From: Anthoceros angustus
Lineage: Eukaryota > Plantae > Anthocerotophyta
Length of the DNA stretch: 64,000 nt
NCBI GenBank assembly: GCA_010909165.1
Contig: VJWM01000063.1
Span: 682,001-746,000, forward strand
Direction of reading: 5' to 3'
Shown: in pieces, positions 13,901-25,765 of the stretch
Numbering within the stretch: the first letter of the stretch is position 1
How the letters are laid out: each line of letters starts with the position of its first letter
Position numbers and translations under genes: made by a program
The notes under the pieces: generated by a model
What the model saw: the letters and a program-made list of their open reading frames with translations, nothing else
Told to the model about the DNA's origin: nothing
Databases searched by the model: none

Positions 13901-14764
13901 ATGCTCTTATCTTGTGTTCGACATCGCAGCTTACTCAAGGAAAAATCATCTATTCTATTTATTTTCTTGCTGCAAAACATTGTGAAACATTATGTCGTCT
14001 TCAAAAGGTTGGCCATTAGAAACCACCATCATACATGTCGAATTTTGGAAAATGTAGCTCATCTAGAAACCAAGGCCTATGCATCTATCGTGCATCAAAC
14101 TCGAATGAGCGGACATTTGGCGCACCAATCAAAGAGATCAGCGCAAGTCATCGGAAGGGCACATAGAGTAAGGCCAAAAGGTTTTACATGTTGTATACAA
14201 AGCGAATGTGGGAATATAACATCAACCAACAAATGATTTTCAAAAATAATATTCATGACTTTACGCCTAGATCTGGGATGATTTACAAATTTTTCAAACC
14301 ACTAAAATCAACACTCCATCCTAGTATTGATACGCCTCTAGGTTGCTTAGGTGGAGTTGTTACAAAGTTTTCAAAGCGCCAAAACAAGCCATCCTAGTAC
14401 TAATCACCCAAGAGTGCATAACAAGTTCTCAAAGCACCAAAGTCAAGCACCCCATCCAGTCTTGATCCGACAGTGCTTAACCTTGGAGTTCTTACACCAT
14501 AGTCTATCTACCACCTATCCCAGCGGATACAATACAATAATATGCCGGACGTCCGCATCCACTCCACCATTTCCATCTCATTGGGCGCCCACAAGATTGG
14601 GGTCTCAGAAAATGCGCCGGACGTCGGCGAGCTTTGAACTCGCGCCAATGTGCAGCGTCCGGCGCATTGTTCCTTCCTATGTTTTCACTCTAACAATGGA
14701 GATCCGGTTGTGTACTCACGATGCACACGTCAGGCTACTTTTAGAGTCGTAGTTTGGTCCTCTC
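10710..14764. repeat. Tandem duplication B (~2.0 kb unit; 10710-12762 and 12763-14764)
   Basis: GTGAACCGGGCACCAGCCCTACCTCCCACCG occurs at 10710 and 12763. Both units end in AGAGTCGTAGTTTGGTCCTCTC. Confidence 0.92.
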
Positions 14765-15400
14765 GAGATGGCCATGATCGGGCTATCGGTTAATGTTCTC
14801 TCACAATTTGCGCGGACGTCCGGCGTTTGCTTCTTTCTTGCTACTTTTGCGTGTTGGTTGCGGACGTCCGTGGTTTTTCTTGGACTAATTTTGTTTGGTT
14901 TGCCTCTTCACCACCTAGGAAGTACTATCGCTGCGAAAGAGGTGTTTAGGATTCCTAGCACTAAAAATCCTTGAAATCCCTTCCTTGTGAAGGTGAAATC
15001 CATGAACCTTCTTGGCTTCAACCCTGTAGCGTAAGTATTCACGAGAAAATAACATGGTCAATGTCTTTCGGACATGTCTAAAGAGTGGTTTTGCTAAAGA
15101 TGATGCATTTTGGCCCGTTTTGGGGTCATTTTGGTCTTTAGGGACCCAAACCCCTTTAATGGAGAATAACTTGTTGAAATATTTGTTGAGAGGCCGAGAA
15201 GAGGCGGTCAGCACAAAAGGCAGATAGCACCAAAAGCACGGACGGGATACTCCGCAGCAGGTAGAGATTCTTTGGAGCGTGAAGCATCATGGCGGTGGAT
15301 GTGTGTGCCCCAGAAACACCTCCAGTAGCTCCAGAACATAGCCAGGAGCTGCGAATCAAGCTGAGAGGCAAGGCCAAATTCTCAATTGAGAGGTGAGTGG
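10911..15400 (-). mobile_element. Unclassified element interrupting the gypsy gag; PPT plus short LTR-like end, no recognisable pol
   Basis: Minus strand TTAAGGGGGTG followed by TGTCAAACCC...GGTCA (10911-11010); repeated CGGACGTCCG palindromes at 12530-12620 and 14540-14870. The right boundary is approximate. Confidence 0.35.
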
Positions 15401-15569
15401 GGCGATTGATGTTGGCGCTGAGCTTCATCCGTCCGAGTTCACAGATGTGAGTCTATTCAGCGCTTAACCTAATTTTGCAATTTGATAAGTAGGGCACCAT
15501 TGATAAGCAACTAGTGCGGATGCTTGGCCAGGCTAGCCTCGATGTTGTGTTGATTAGGTGGACAGGGAT

Positions 15570-18500
15570 CAGAATCCACTAAGCCTAGCTTTATAGAGAA
15601 GTGTACTGTTCGTGGACCGGTAGTCAAGCAGTTGAGCTCTGTGGGCACATGTTCGATGACCATGACCGCTCAATGCAGTGTCAAACAAAATGATGGTGGA
15701 TCTCGATATGCTTCGTGCGGCGTGAAAGTGTGGATTCCCACGACCAGTGGACATGTTGTCACACGTGACAAGGTGGTTGAAGCCAGCTGTGTGAAATCAA
15801 GCCCGGAAATGTATGCGCTCCCATTCCCGCTTCTTAGTAGAACTCCGTGTGCCTTATACACCCTCGGAGGATAGCCGCAGAAGCTTGCTTTAAGCTCCGC
15901 TCAATGCCTCCTAACGGAGGAAGCAATAGGTGTAGATATCGGTTGGTGGATCAATCAATCAAGATCCGTGACATGAACAAGGTAACATCCTTATCCATGC
16001 CCTCAGTAGCATAGTCCATGTGTGGAAGTTCCTTTTCAACGCAATATTCTTTTCACTCGATCCAAGGTCTCCTTACGGATTCCGTAAATTGAGAACAGAC
16101 CAACGGCATGTGGATGTCGAGCCTTGTCCAAGAAATTGCGATATAGTTCAAACAGCCCAATGCATGGCGATAGGGACACGCTCGCGAGTTCCCCGATCCG
16201 CCATCCCTGGACTCAGAAGGTGAGTTTCACTCCTACACAGCTAGGAGTACTAACAGGTTTAGCTTCCTGCAGGTTGAAACAACGAAGGGTCTCGTTGATG
16301 TATTTGTCTAGTGAAGGATTAGGGTGTGGTTAGCTCTGTCTCTTAGAAGCTGCACTCCAAGGACAAAGGTAAGTTGTCCGATATCCTTCATGTCATAGCG
16401 TTTATGCAACATCCCTTTAACCCAATCCAAGCCTCTCACATTTGATGCGAGGATGGCATCATCCACGTACAAGGCTAATATAACTAGATAGCCTCCTTTT
16501 GTATAGATGTAGATGTTTGCATCAGCAGGATTCTAGACAAAGCCGATGGACTTAAGGTATTTGTCTATACACTTGTACCATTCCGTAGCACTCTGTTTAA
16601 GCCCATATAGGGTTTTCTTGAGCTTACACACCCAGTCAGGCTGCTCAGGGTCAATAAACCCCCTCCAGCTGATCCATATAGATGTCCTTTTCAAGGTCAC
16701 CATATAAGAAAGCAGTCGATACGTCCATGTGCTCAAGATCCCAGGCCCTTGGCTGCTACAAGTGCTAACATCATTCGGATGGATTGTGTCTTTACCACAG
16801 GACTGAAGGTCTCGTTAAAATCCACTCTTGCAACTTGGGAAAAACCACCTGCGTCAAGACGAGATTTATAATGAGCAATCTTACCTTATGCATTGAGCTT
16901 GTGTTTGAAGACCCACTTGCAACTTACAGTCTTCCTGCTAGCGGGTAAGGGACATAGCTCCCATGTTCCATTTTTCATTAGAGAATCATATTCATCCTGA
17001 ATAGAAGGCGCGCTGAACGAGGAAGTCGGAAATCCTCAGGGCGTTGGTAGGGTCTTTCCTGCCATTGATCACGAGATGGTCGGGATCTGCTGGGATAGCG
17101 TCGTTCTTCTACAGTAGGTGCAGGGTCAAGTTCGGTAGGTTCAAGCTCGGTAGGTTCAGACTCGGCAGCAGGTTCAATGATTTCATGCATAGAGTCTGAT
17201 TCGTCCACCTCAGAGTCTGCTGTTGCTGATACAATATTGTTGGCATCCAGGTCCGGAGGGACATCTGTATCCATGTCAAGATCTGTGACAAGATCAGCAA
17301 GTTGGATGTTGTGTCTTGTCTCAGCATTTGAACCCAGATCAATGTTGTTTGCAGGTTGCACATGAGATCCACCCCCTGAAAGTGGGGTCCCAAGCGGTCC
17401 AGCTCAGAAGGCAGGAGGAGCATTCACTTCTTGATGCAAGAGGGTGGCCCAGCAGATGATGCAGTTCCACCCCACAGACCACCAATCACTGTTGTCAGGC
17501 CGAGAAGTGGGGACAGGAGGTGGTTCGTAAGCAGCATCTTGAGGGAACTCAGAGGGAGAGTCGTCAAACTCATCAAAGTCATCATTCGGTGTCGAAGAAG
17601 AGGCAACAAACTCGGGATCAAGGCAACAGTTGTTAGAGCAGGCTTGACGAGCTCCTTGAACGTGACGCTGCGGGCAAAAATCAGGGACTTGGAAGGAGGA
17701 TCATACAATTTGTAGGCCTTAGTCTCTTCACCATAGCCAATAAAAATGAGAGGTTTGGCTCTGTCCTCAAGCTTCTTACGCAATTCAGAGTGGACATAAG
17801 CATAGGCAGGGGAGTTGAAAACACGGAGATGGAGCAAGCTGGGCTTTCTCTTCCAGATCACTTCAAGCGAGGCAGTCGATGCGGGCTATAAGAAGTCGAT
17901 TCAAGATGTATGTGGCTGAATAACCGCCCGCCATAGGTTTCTTTGAGACCCGACCGCCAACATATTCATGTGTCATGTTGCGAGGGTAGGTCGGCCTCGA
18001 ACTCGGTTTTGTTGCCGTGTACAGGGAATGCTCAGCTGACGAGTGATGCCTTGAGCTGCAAGATAGTCATTAAATGGAGAGTTCACAAATTCAGTCCCAT
18101 TGTCGGACCTTAAGCAGCGAAGGTAACAGCCTATTTGCCTTTGCACCATAGTTAGCCATTCCTTGAAAAACTGGAAGGTATCTGACTTCTTCTTCATGGG
18201 ATATGTCCAGGAATATCGGCTGTAGTCGTCAGTGATGGTCAAGTAATATAGAGAGCCACCAAGGGAGGCGACATGGATCTTGCCACATATGTCTGCATGA
18301 ACGAGGTCAAGGACATTTGAAGACCTAAATGCAACAGTAGAAGGAAAAGGTAACTCTTTCTGTTTAGCAACTATGCAGGAGTCATAGGAAGGGAGCTCCT
18401 TAAAACACTTAGGCAAGGGTTCCCTGTAGCATTCTAGGTTAGACATCTTGAGAAGTTTGTCCTTGTTAGCATGCCCTAATCTGGCATGCCAAAGCTGGGC

Positions 18501-20553
18501 TAACTGCGCTTATGATTGCACAGCTACATGTGTACTTTTAGCAGGCATACAAGACAGATCCAGTCTATAGAGGTCATTCTCCAAAAAACCTCTGGCCATC
18601 AGAGAGTTACTGGAACCCATGTTAGTCAAGAGACAACCAGAGGGAGTGAAGGTCAAATCAAAATGCTTCATTCGCATAAGCTGGCTGACTGACAGCAGAT
18701 GTTTGGCCATGTCAATGCAAATGAGACTGCCATATGACTTTAGGAAATGACAAGAACCCTTCCCCAGAATCTTCAGGCCAGAACGGGTGAGTTCATCACC
18801 TAGTAGTACCTTCTCAGATGTGGTAGTAGGGGTGAAATTACTCATCAAACTCCTGTTGTGACAGATGTGGGTTGTTGCCCCGGAATCCAAGTACCAAGCA
18901 TCGTGTGTCTTGGAGGATGTGGTTAGGCAAGTGGTCAGCACGACAGGCTGTTTGCCTTGTGAAGATTTCTCCTTAGAGACCGAATGTGCCTCAACCCCTT
19001 TGTGGGATTTCTCGGCCTTTTTGGGCTCTCCAGATTTCTTCTTGCGGCATTCCCGCTCCCAGTGGCCGGGAAAGCCACGCCAGTTGCAAGAACCAACTCT
19101 TTTGGTTTGAGCTGATTTCGAACCAGTATCCTTGGATGGTCCAGTGAGTAAGGATTTCTGCCCTTATGCTGTGAACGAGGTTTAGAGGTAAACAACACTT
19201 ATCTGTTTTTGTGCGCCCAGATTGTGAATGAGAACCACTACGTGATTGCTCTTCTTGATATAGAGCCCCTACTACATCTGTAAAGCTAATATGCACTGGT
19301 TGTCCTGCAGCTGCAGCTTTTCCTGCATCTCTCAAAGAAGCCCCATAGTTGGAGACAAAAGGCTGATAGCTTGTGGGAAGGCTAGTAAGGAGTTGGGCAA
19401 CTGCATCTTAGTCTGACATAGGGGAGCCTAAAAGAGATGAGTTGGGCAAAGATGTCTGAACTTACCAACAAATATAGCTGCCTTTTCATTGTCACGCATG
19501 CGGAGGGAAAACAGTTCACTTCTCACAGCACACAGGGTCAATATATTCTTCACGTCATAAGTTTGGGAAAGCTGGTTCCAGATGTCTTCTGCCTTTGTAA
19601 GATAGGCAACGTCTGGTACTAATACCTCATCAAGCCCGCTAATGATCAGGGCTCATGCCACATTATTGGCATTGTCCCACTTGTCCTTATCGAGTTGATC
19701 AGGTTGTTGGCACTGCCCGCTCACGACAATCCACACATGTCTGGCATCAAGAGCTGCTTGCATGCGAATACTCCAAACAGGGTACTTGTTCCTGTTAAAC
19801 CTTTCTCGTTCTTTGAACTCCATGGTATAAGATGGCTGATATGTAGGAGTGTATGAAGGCAGAGGCAGACCATAGCCTGCTCCGGTCTTGATAGAGGAGG
19901 CAAGGGAGGTCCAAATCCAGTTCCTGGCCTAGGCACAGGATTGCCAAATCCTCCTCCAAAACTGGGCAGTGGGTTGGTGAATCCAACTCCTGTCCCAGGC
20001 AAAGGATTCCCAAAGCCAGCTCCTAGGTTTGGCAGTGGATTAAAGGGTCCTGCTCCTGGCGCGTTGGAAGAGGGTCCTGTTCCTGGCGCAAAGGAGGCAA
20101 AGGCAGGCATCTGAGTGGTGAATGCTGTCGTACTGCTAGCTTGTGTGGTTGCAAACGAGCTTGAGCTTGCGGCAGCAGAGGAAACGCCTGACGCCGTATC
20201 AGGAGAGTTATGTGTGTTATGGGTGGTAGATGAGTCCCTACCCTCACCCAAGACCTGATGTTGGATTCGATTCGCAATGTTGGAGTCCTGGGAGAGTGCG
20301 ATTTCAGTGAGTAAGTTCTCTTTTGTGAGCAATCCTCTTGTTCTTAATCTGTATTCCGAATTGAATCAGTAAGCTCTTATTTGCCGGCATTCCTCTTGCT
20401 CGTAAACTGGAGTTCGCTTGCCCCGTGATTCGCTCGTCTTAAATGCACTGAGGTGGAGGAAACGGACCAGAAAGGAGGAATCATTCCATAAGGAAGGAAA
20501 CGAAATTCGCAACTCCAGTGATTTATCGCAAACAAAAATTGCCCTACACAACA
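15570..20553 (-). mobile_element. Ty1/copia retrotransposon, near full-length gag-pol, frameshifted
   Basis: Gag with CCHC knuckle (~19040-19090), protease WYLDSGATTHIC, GAG-pre-integrase WHARLGHA, integrase LVHADICG..YYLTITDDYSRYSW..LRSDNGTEF (17973-18446), SH3-like RKKLEDRAKPLIFIGY, RT LKKTLYGLKQS and LYVDD, RNase H TKHIEIHHHFV (~15690-15720). Paired LTRs were not confirmed. Confidence 0.93.
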
Positions 20554-21142
20554 TCGTTTTCAGAATTCAGCTACAGCATGAAGGTCCACTTCCATTGTAT
20601 AATGGGTATGGTATCGTACATCACAGGAAGTTCAAACATGTTTGTCTAAGAAGGGCACCCAAGGACCTTATAGATGCTTTCCTTAGAAGCGGGACAGAGG
20701 CTGCCACACCTGCAAACTCCAGCTTCTCATTGATGATCTGGTCCCCGTTGACGCACTCCCGTCATTGTGAACATCCAGCACATGTTGAAGCGTCTCAGAG
20801 TATCCAGACCTGGATGGACTCTCCACGCGGCCCTCATAACAAAGTGCCGCCATCAGTACCAACGCTAAAGTGGAACGCAGTCTGTCAAGGATAATCTCAA
20901 CTAGCTATTCACCATCATCCCCCGTCCCCGGGACAAGCACAACCTCGATAAGGAAGGTGATATGCACTGCGGGACGGACGTTCAGCTTCCATCTCCACGA
21001 ACAGAGGCATAACTTTTAGAAGGCTGCAGCCATTCCGCCCGTTGCGACAGGTACATCAATTTGCTACCTCACAACAGTCGAAAGTAGAATTGAGGCAATT
21101 CCTTATGGACATCTGCACTGTTCTCAATTGCAGTTGTTTCAA

Positions 21143-23536
21143 CTAGGCCAGCTCCCTCAGCTTCCTTATCAGTGCATCCAAGGACTTCTTCTTTCCAGCT
21201 TGGCGAGAAGACCTGTTGCCGAAAAGCCTTTCAGGAAGGTCTCTGTATTTCTCAGCGACCAAAATAACCTTCCTGAAATCCAAAGCGTAGTAATTCTTTT
21301 CCCTGACAACGACATTCAGGTATAACTCAGGATTATTGCTAGACAGCAGCGCAACTAGCTGTCGGGCCTCTGCTAGGCACTGCTTCAGATTTGTGGCACC
21401 TGCCACTTTGTCTAAGCCACTGCTATGGTGTTTATCCTCAGCGAAGGACTCCAAAACCCTCAAATCAGCATCTATTCCCATTACTGCATATATATTGAAG
21501 CGTTTGACCGAATCACTTAAGAAGACATGCACGATGGAGTCAGAAATATGCTTCAGCACACCGCTGATGACTTTCTCAAAGGCATCCAGAGGGAGAATTT
21601 CCATAGCCGTAGCAGCAAGAGTTTCAAGGTAGATCATCACCTCATTCAAATACTCATTACCTGTTTGTGGAAGGTCATCCGGGGTCCAATTGATGTTGTC
21701 AGTTAAAGACATGAACTCATCCACCTTGGATTTAACAAGTTTCAACATGAGCTCATGAGCTTCAGCCTGGGCCTCCCTTAGAACCGTCCTGGCTCCTAGA
21801 GAGCCATGTGGACCCTCAACTAAGCGCATAGGCACACCACACAGTTTGCCAGCATGGCCTGCAAAAAAGGTGCATGCTCTTTCCAGTACGGTCATGTTAG
21901 CAGCGATCTGCATAGCGTGAGAGACTCCAAGATTTGAATTTCTGATTAACTTCAGCAGAGCTTCATTGAGTACACTGATCAGCAACTTGTCCAGGTACTT
22001 CTTCACCAAATCGTAGTAGTCCATGTGCCCCCCATATGAAAGGAAACTAACGGAATCCTCGATGAAGGCTCTAACAATGCGACAGCAGTCCGGTACGGAC
22101 CCTGAGAATGGAGCAATATAAGGGAATGCAGGCATGGTATCGACCGTCTGAAGGTGGAAAGCCAGCACATTCATGTTGTATTCATACTCCTTCCGCATCA
22201 CCATCTGCTCAAACTTGTCATTCACAAGCACCTCGTTGATCTGCCGCTTGTTGTCATTCAGCAGGATTTCGTGGTACTTATCCCGCAACGTGTCAAGGAC
22301 ATCCAACAAAGGACTGACCTGGTATCCATACCTCCTGAGAGTGGCACCCACCAGGCTCACGTAGTCCTTCACAAGAAGCAGATGATTTGCCGTTTGCATT
22401 CGAGAGAACTGCTCCTCCATCACACTGTTCATACGACTGATAGCCGTTTCCCACAGGCTCTCTACCCGTGATGCAGAAATGAGACCACCTGCAGACCTCA
22501 ACACCCGATCTTCCACGATAAAAAAGCCAGCCAGCTGAGCAAAGTATGTCTGATGAGACTCCAGAAACGACTGCCCCGATGATATCTGTAAGTCTGAGCT
22601 CAGCTGCAGTTGCCGGTTCTTATAGTAGTGCTCCTTAAACTGCTCCTGCAACCCCAGGCAAGTGTTGATGTAGTGAGCCCTGTACACAGGCGTTAAGTCA
22701 AACTTAAGCAGAGCATCATCCTCATCGATGTCCTCCATTTCCAGCATATAGACACACTCCTTGGCACCGGAACGACTTTGCTCTTCCGCTTGCCTCTGCC
22801 TGCCCCTGAGACCCTCCTCTCGTTGCCGCGCGGAAGACGCCTGTCCGATAGCCTGCTGGCCAACCTCCCTAGACGCCGTCCTGATCTGCACCAGCCAGTC
22901 ATTAAACTCCATGTTCACCCGTCGCTCAATGTGAGCCCTACACACCGGAATCTGGCGCTCCAGCAGCACCCGCAGAGCGCGTGCCGGCACCTGTTGCAGA
23001 AAATCCCTTTCCAAGCTATCGATGGTCTTGAGAGCCGGATAGTAGCGATCATTAGCGATGTAGTCGTTCACTTTGACGCACAGCTCCGCAACTCTGATGC
23101 AGATCTTCAAGGCATCCACAGCCTTGGTCAAATTCCGCTTGATCCCGTGCGACTCAATCAACTCATCCATCTTTCCCAGAAGCGCGTTTCCTACTTCCTG
23201 CATCTGCGAATTCTCCCTGGAAAGCCCGTTCTTGAGCTCATCAGCATCCACCAGGACGTAGCGCAGCTCATCTACAGCATGAATGAACTCCTCGTAGTGC
23301 AGCTTACAGAGATCTTCAATTTCAAGCTCCCTCTTCTTGGCAAAATTCCGCAGCTGATGCACCAGCGTCTCGGGCTTGCCGCTCTCAAATGCATTCCTGA
23401 CCAGGGGCCCTAAGTCCTCGCCGTTGGCTATGGCGGAAGCGAGAGCAGAATCATCAACTCCCAGCGACCCGCCATCTCCTTTCTCCCCGTTCTCCGTGGT
23501 CGCACTGCCTCTCTTAGCCTTCAACATCATCTCCAT
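21143..23536 (-). CDS. SEC15: Exocyst complex subunit SEC15 (single exon, 797 aa)
   Basis: Intact ORF with plant SEC15 signatures SAIANGEDLGPLVR, EIEDLCKLHYEEFIHAVDELR, FDLTPVYRAHYI and PAFPYIAPFS..VPDCCRIVR. Confidence 0.96.
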   Translation of the reverse strand: MEMMLKAKRGSATTENGEKGDGGSLGVDDSALASAIANGEDLGPLVRNAFESGKPETLVHQLRNFAKKRELEIEDLCKLHYEEFIHAVDELRYVLVDADELKNGLSRENSQMQEVGNALLGKMDELIESHGIKRNLTKAVDALKICIRVAELCVKVNDYIANDRYYPALKTIDSLERDFLQQVPARALRVLLERQIPVCRAHIERRVNMEFNDWLVQIRTASREVGQQAIGQASSARQREEGLRGRQRQAEEQSRSGAKECVYMLEMEDIDEDDALLKFDLTPVYRAHYINTCLGLQEQFKEHYYKNRQLQLSSDLQISSGQSFLESHQTYFAQLAGFFIVEDRVLRSAGGLISASRVESLWETAISRMNSVMEEQFSRMQTANHLLLVKDYVSLVGATLRRYGYQVSPLLDVLDTLRDKYHEILLNDNKRQINEVLVNDKFEQMVMRKEYEYNMNVLAFHLQTVDTMPAFPYIAPFSGSVPDCCRIVRAFIEDSVSFLSYGGHMDYYDLVKKYLDKLLISVLNEALLKLIRNSNLGVSHAMQIAANMTVLERACTFFAGHAGKLCGVPMRLVEGPHGSLGARTVLREAQAEAHELMLKLVKSKVDEFMSLTDNINWTPDDLPQTGNEYLNEVMIYLETLAATAMEILPLDAFEKVISGVLKHISDSIVHVFLSDSVKRFNIYAVMGIDADLRVLESFAEDKHHSSGLDKVAGATNLKQCLAEARQLVALLSSNNPELYLNVVVREKNYYALDFRKVILVAEKYRDLPERLFGNRSSRQAGKKKSLDALIRKLRELA

Positions 23537-24184
23537 CGCATCAAGCTCCTACTGTTCACGGAGTCACAGATTTGTTGCCTGTACGAGGCATGGAACCGCA
23601 GCCTCCAATGACCGAGCACAACGACACGAAACACAGTCTGGCTGCAGGGGCTGAGAGCTGATGTGCCGTGCTTATTAGGGTTTCCGCTCTGTTTAATGGA
23701 AGAAAAACCTGTGCAACCCGAGAGCCCTCAGCTTTGAGAGAAGAGGGTCGCACGAAGATCGCCAATTTGCGACAAAAGAAGAAAAATTGGTTGCAGGCCC
23801 AGTCTCCTGATGAGCCTTTTAAAGACGTTCCTTTGCACGAGGGACAGATGGATATTAATGCCTTCCAGCCCATCACTGCCGGCCCCGTCTGTACCAACGT
23901 CAGGGTTCTCACCCCCGCGAAATCCACAGGACAGGCAGGGAAGTGCACGCATTCGCAATTGCTCATATTGTACTGAGAGTCACTGTATTACAAAATGCTG
24001 GAGAGAGGCAATGGACAGTCAGGACACATTGTTCCGGAGGAGGGACGATTCGGCTCTGAAAGTGGCCGTATAACACTAGCCCTGTTCGCCGGAAATTCAA
24101 GACGATCTCCACAACACATCTCTCCACCAGAATTTGCCTATCCCAGATGGTGCACGTGGGCTAGTTGGCTGGTGTGGAGGACTG

Positions 24185-24509
24185 TCATTTGTTCATCTGG
24201 ACAGAACCCACCATAAGTGCTACAGTTGCAGCCTGGAAAGCCACTCGGGCTCTCATCAGAGCTTGGCTGCGGTTGTGGTTCCCCTGCTTGAAGGAGTACA
24301 AGCCTGCTAGCAAGACCCCGGCTGTAGCTAGCGCCCCTGATCAGACATCCATCACCGAAGACACGAGAAACGATTTCAGTGTCTCTTCAGAAGCTGCCAG
24401 CCATTACTGCAAAACCTGGCAATGCGCACAACAAAACAGGATGCACACCTATTGGAACAAGGGGGTTGCGACGATGCCTTGAATCAAACATATCCTCGCT
24501 CTCCTCCAT
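24185..24509 (-). CDS. HIGD2: HIG1-domain (hypoxia-induced gene / Rcf1-like) mitochondrial membrane microprotein, 70 aa, 2 exons (24449-24509, 24185-24336)
   Basis: Manual GT-AG splice gives MEESEDMFDSRHRRNPLVPIG-ALATAGVLLAGLYSFKQGNHNRSQALMRARVAFQAATVALMVGSVQMNK*. This matches the HIG_1_N pattern NPLVPIG...Q.LMRARV..Q.ATV. Confidence 0.9.
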
Positions 24510-25765
24510 GGTTTCAGGGCCCAGGCTACTCTTAACTTTTTGAGATATAAGATTCTACGCCTGCGAATTTCACAGCACAAAAAACACCGCCACCGGCCGA
24601 TTCCCAAAGGACACCAATCAGGAGACATCCGGCAAAGAGGACTTCCAGAAGAAGAAAACCCTAACATCTGATTGTGCACCACAGCGGCTTCGGGAGTGCA
24701 TACACACATATGTACGAATCAAGCCTACAAGATCCCTGAAACGAGATCGCAGAAGCAAAGATGTTCCAAAGCAGCAACTACAGGAGCCAACGGCCTGCCG
24801 GCGGCAAACCAGCCCCAAACAACGAGAAAAAGGAAGCATCAGACTCACCCGGATGCCAGAAGTGCACCTGCACTTCCTTTGCCATGCAAGGGCGGGCCGT
24901 GCGGATGGACCAAGGCTGCTGCCGAGTGCTACATGCCCAGCCGGCGTCCAAAACACCAATTCCCTCGCCGCCGCCGCCGCCTCCGCGGCCTCGAAGATGG
25001 AAGATCAAGTCTCAAAACCCCGATCCTCCGGTGCCCCGATCAGTGCCTCCAACCACCCCGGTGAAGCCGAATCAGAGAGCGATGCGGCGGAGAAGCCAAA
25101 TCCCGAACCCCAGGCTTCCGCATCAGCAGTCAGACAGCAACGCCAGCAGCAGCAGCAGTCTGGTACGTAAACCCTGCCCGATCCACACGTGTCAGTGCAT
25201 CAAGATGGACACAGCGCAGCAGCCAAGCTCCAAGCAACGCAAACAGCAGCAATGCACAAAATGATGTGCGGAGTGCGGAGAGGACGCAGAAGCCCAACCT
25301 CGGCAGGATAGCCTTCTTCTCACTGCTTCGGGCGTGGCGAGTGGTGCAGAAAGAGCGGCGTCTCCGCAGCAGGCAAAGAAAGGAGGCGAGGCGGCGAGAG
25401 CAAGCGTGGCAGCAGCTGTGGAGGATGATCGTGCGGTGCCGAGGCCAAGCCCGGGGCGTGAAGCGCAACGAGCAAGGCCTGGCGCGGCCATGGCATTCCC
25501 TTCCTCACTACGCTGCGTACTGCTGGGGATGACTGGCTGCGCCACCGGCGCATCCGGTCACCCGGTCGCCGAGCTCATGCATGTTCGAACTCGACTCCAT
25601 CGCTCTCTGAGTTGCACTGATTCCACGCCATGCATCAGATTGTACCACCACCGCGATCGTGGCTAGAAATCATGGATCCCAACACCACACTCTTCTACTA
25701 CCTTGTTCCCGACACTGTACAAAGGAAGGGCAATTCCACCTCCGGCCTATGAAAGAAAGAAGAAC

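Noticed and set aside
21336-23413. Antisense ORFs over SEC15 (and similar ones over the PPR, IST1-like and MSH1 genes)
   Set aside because: Shadow frames of GC-rich coding sequence with no recognisable domains.
21143-23536. Intronless SEC15 as a retrogene
   Set aside because: To my knowledge land-plant SEC15 coding regions are commonly single-exon, so this is not distinctive.
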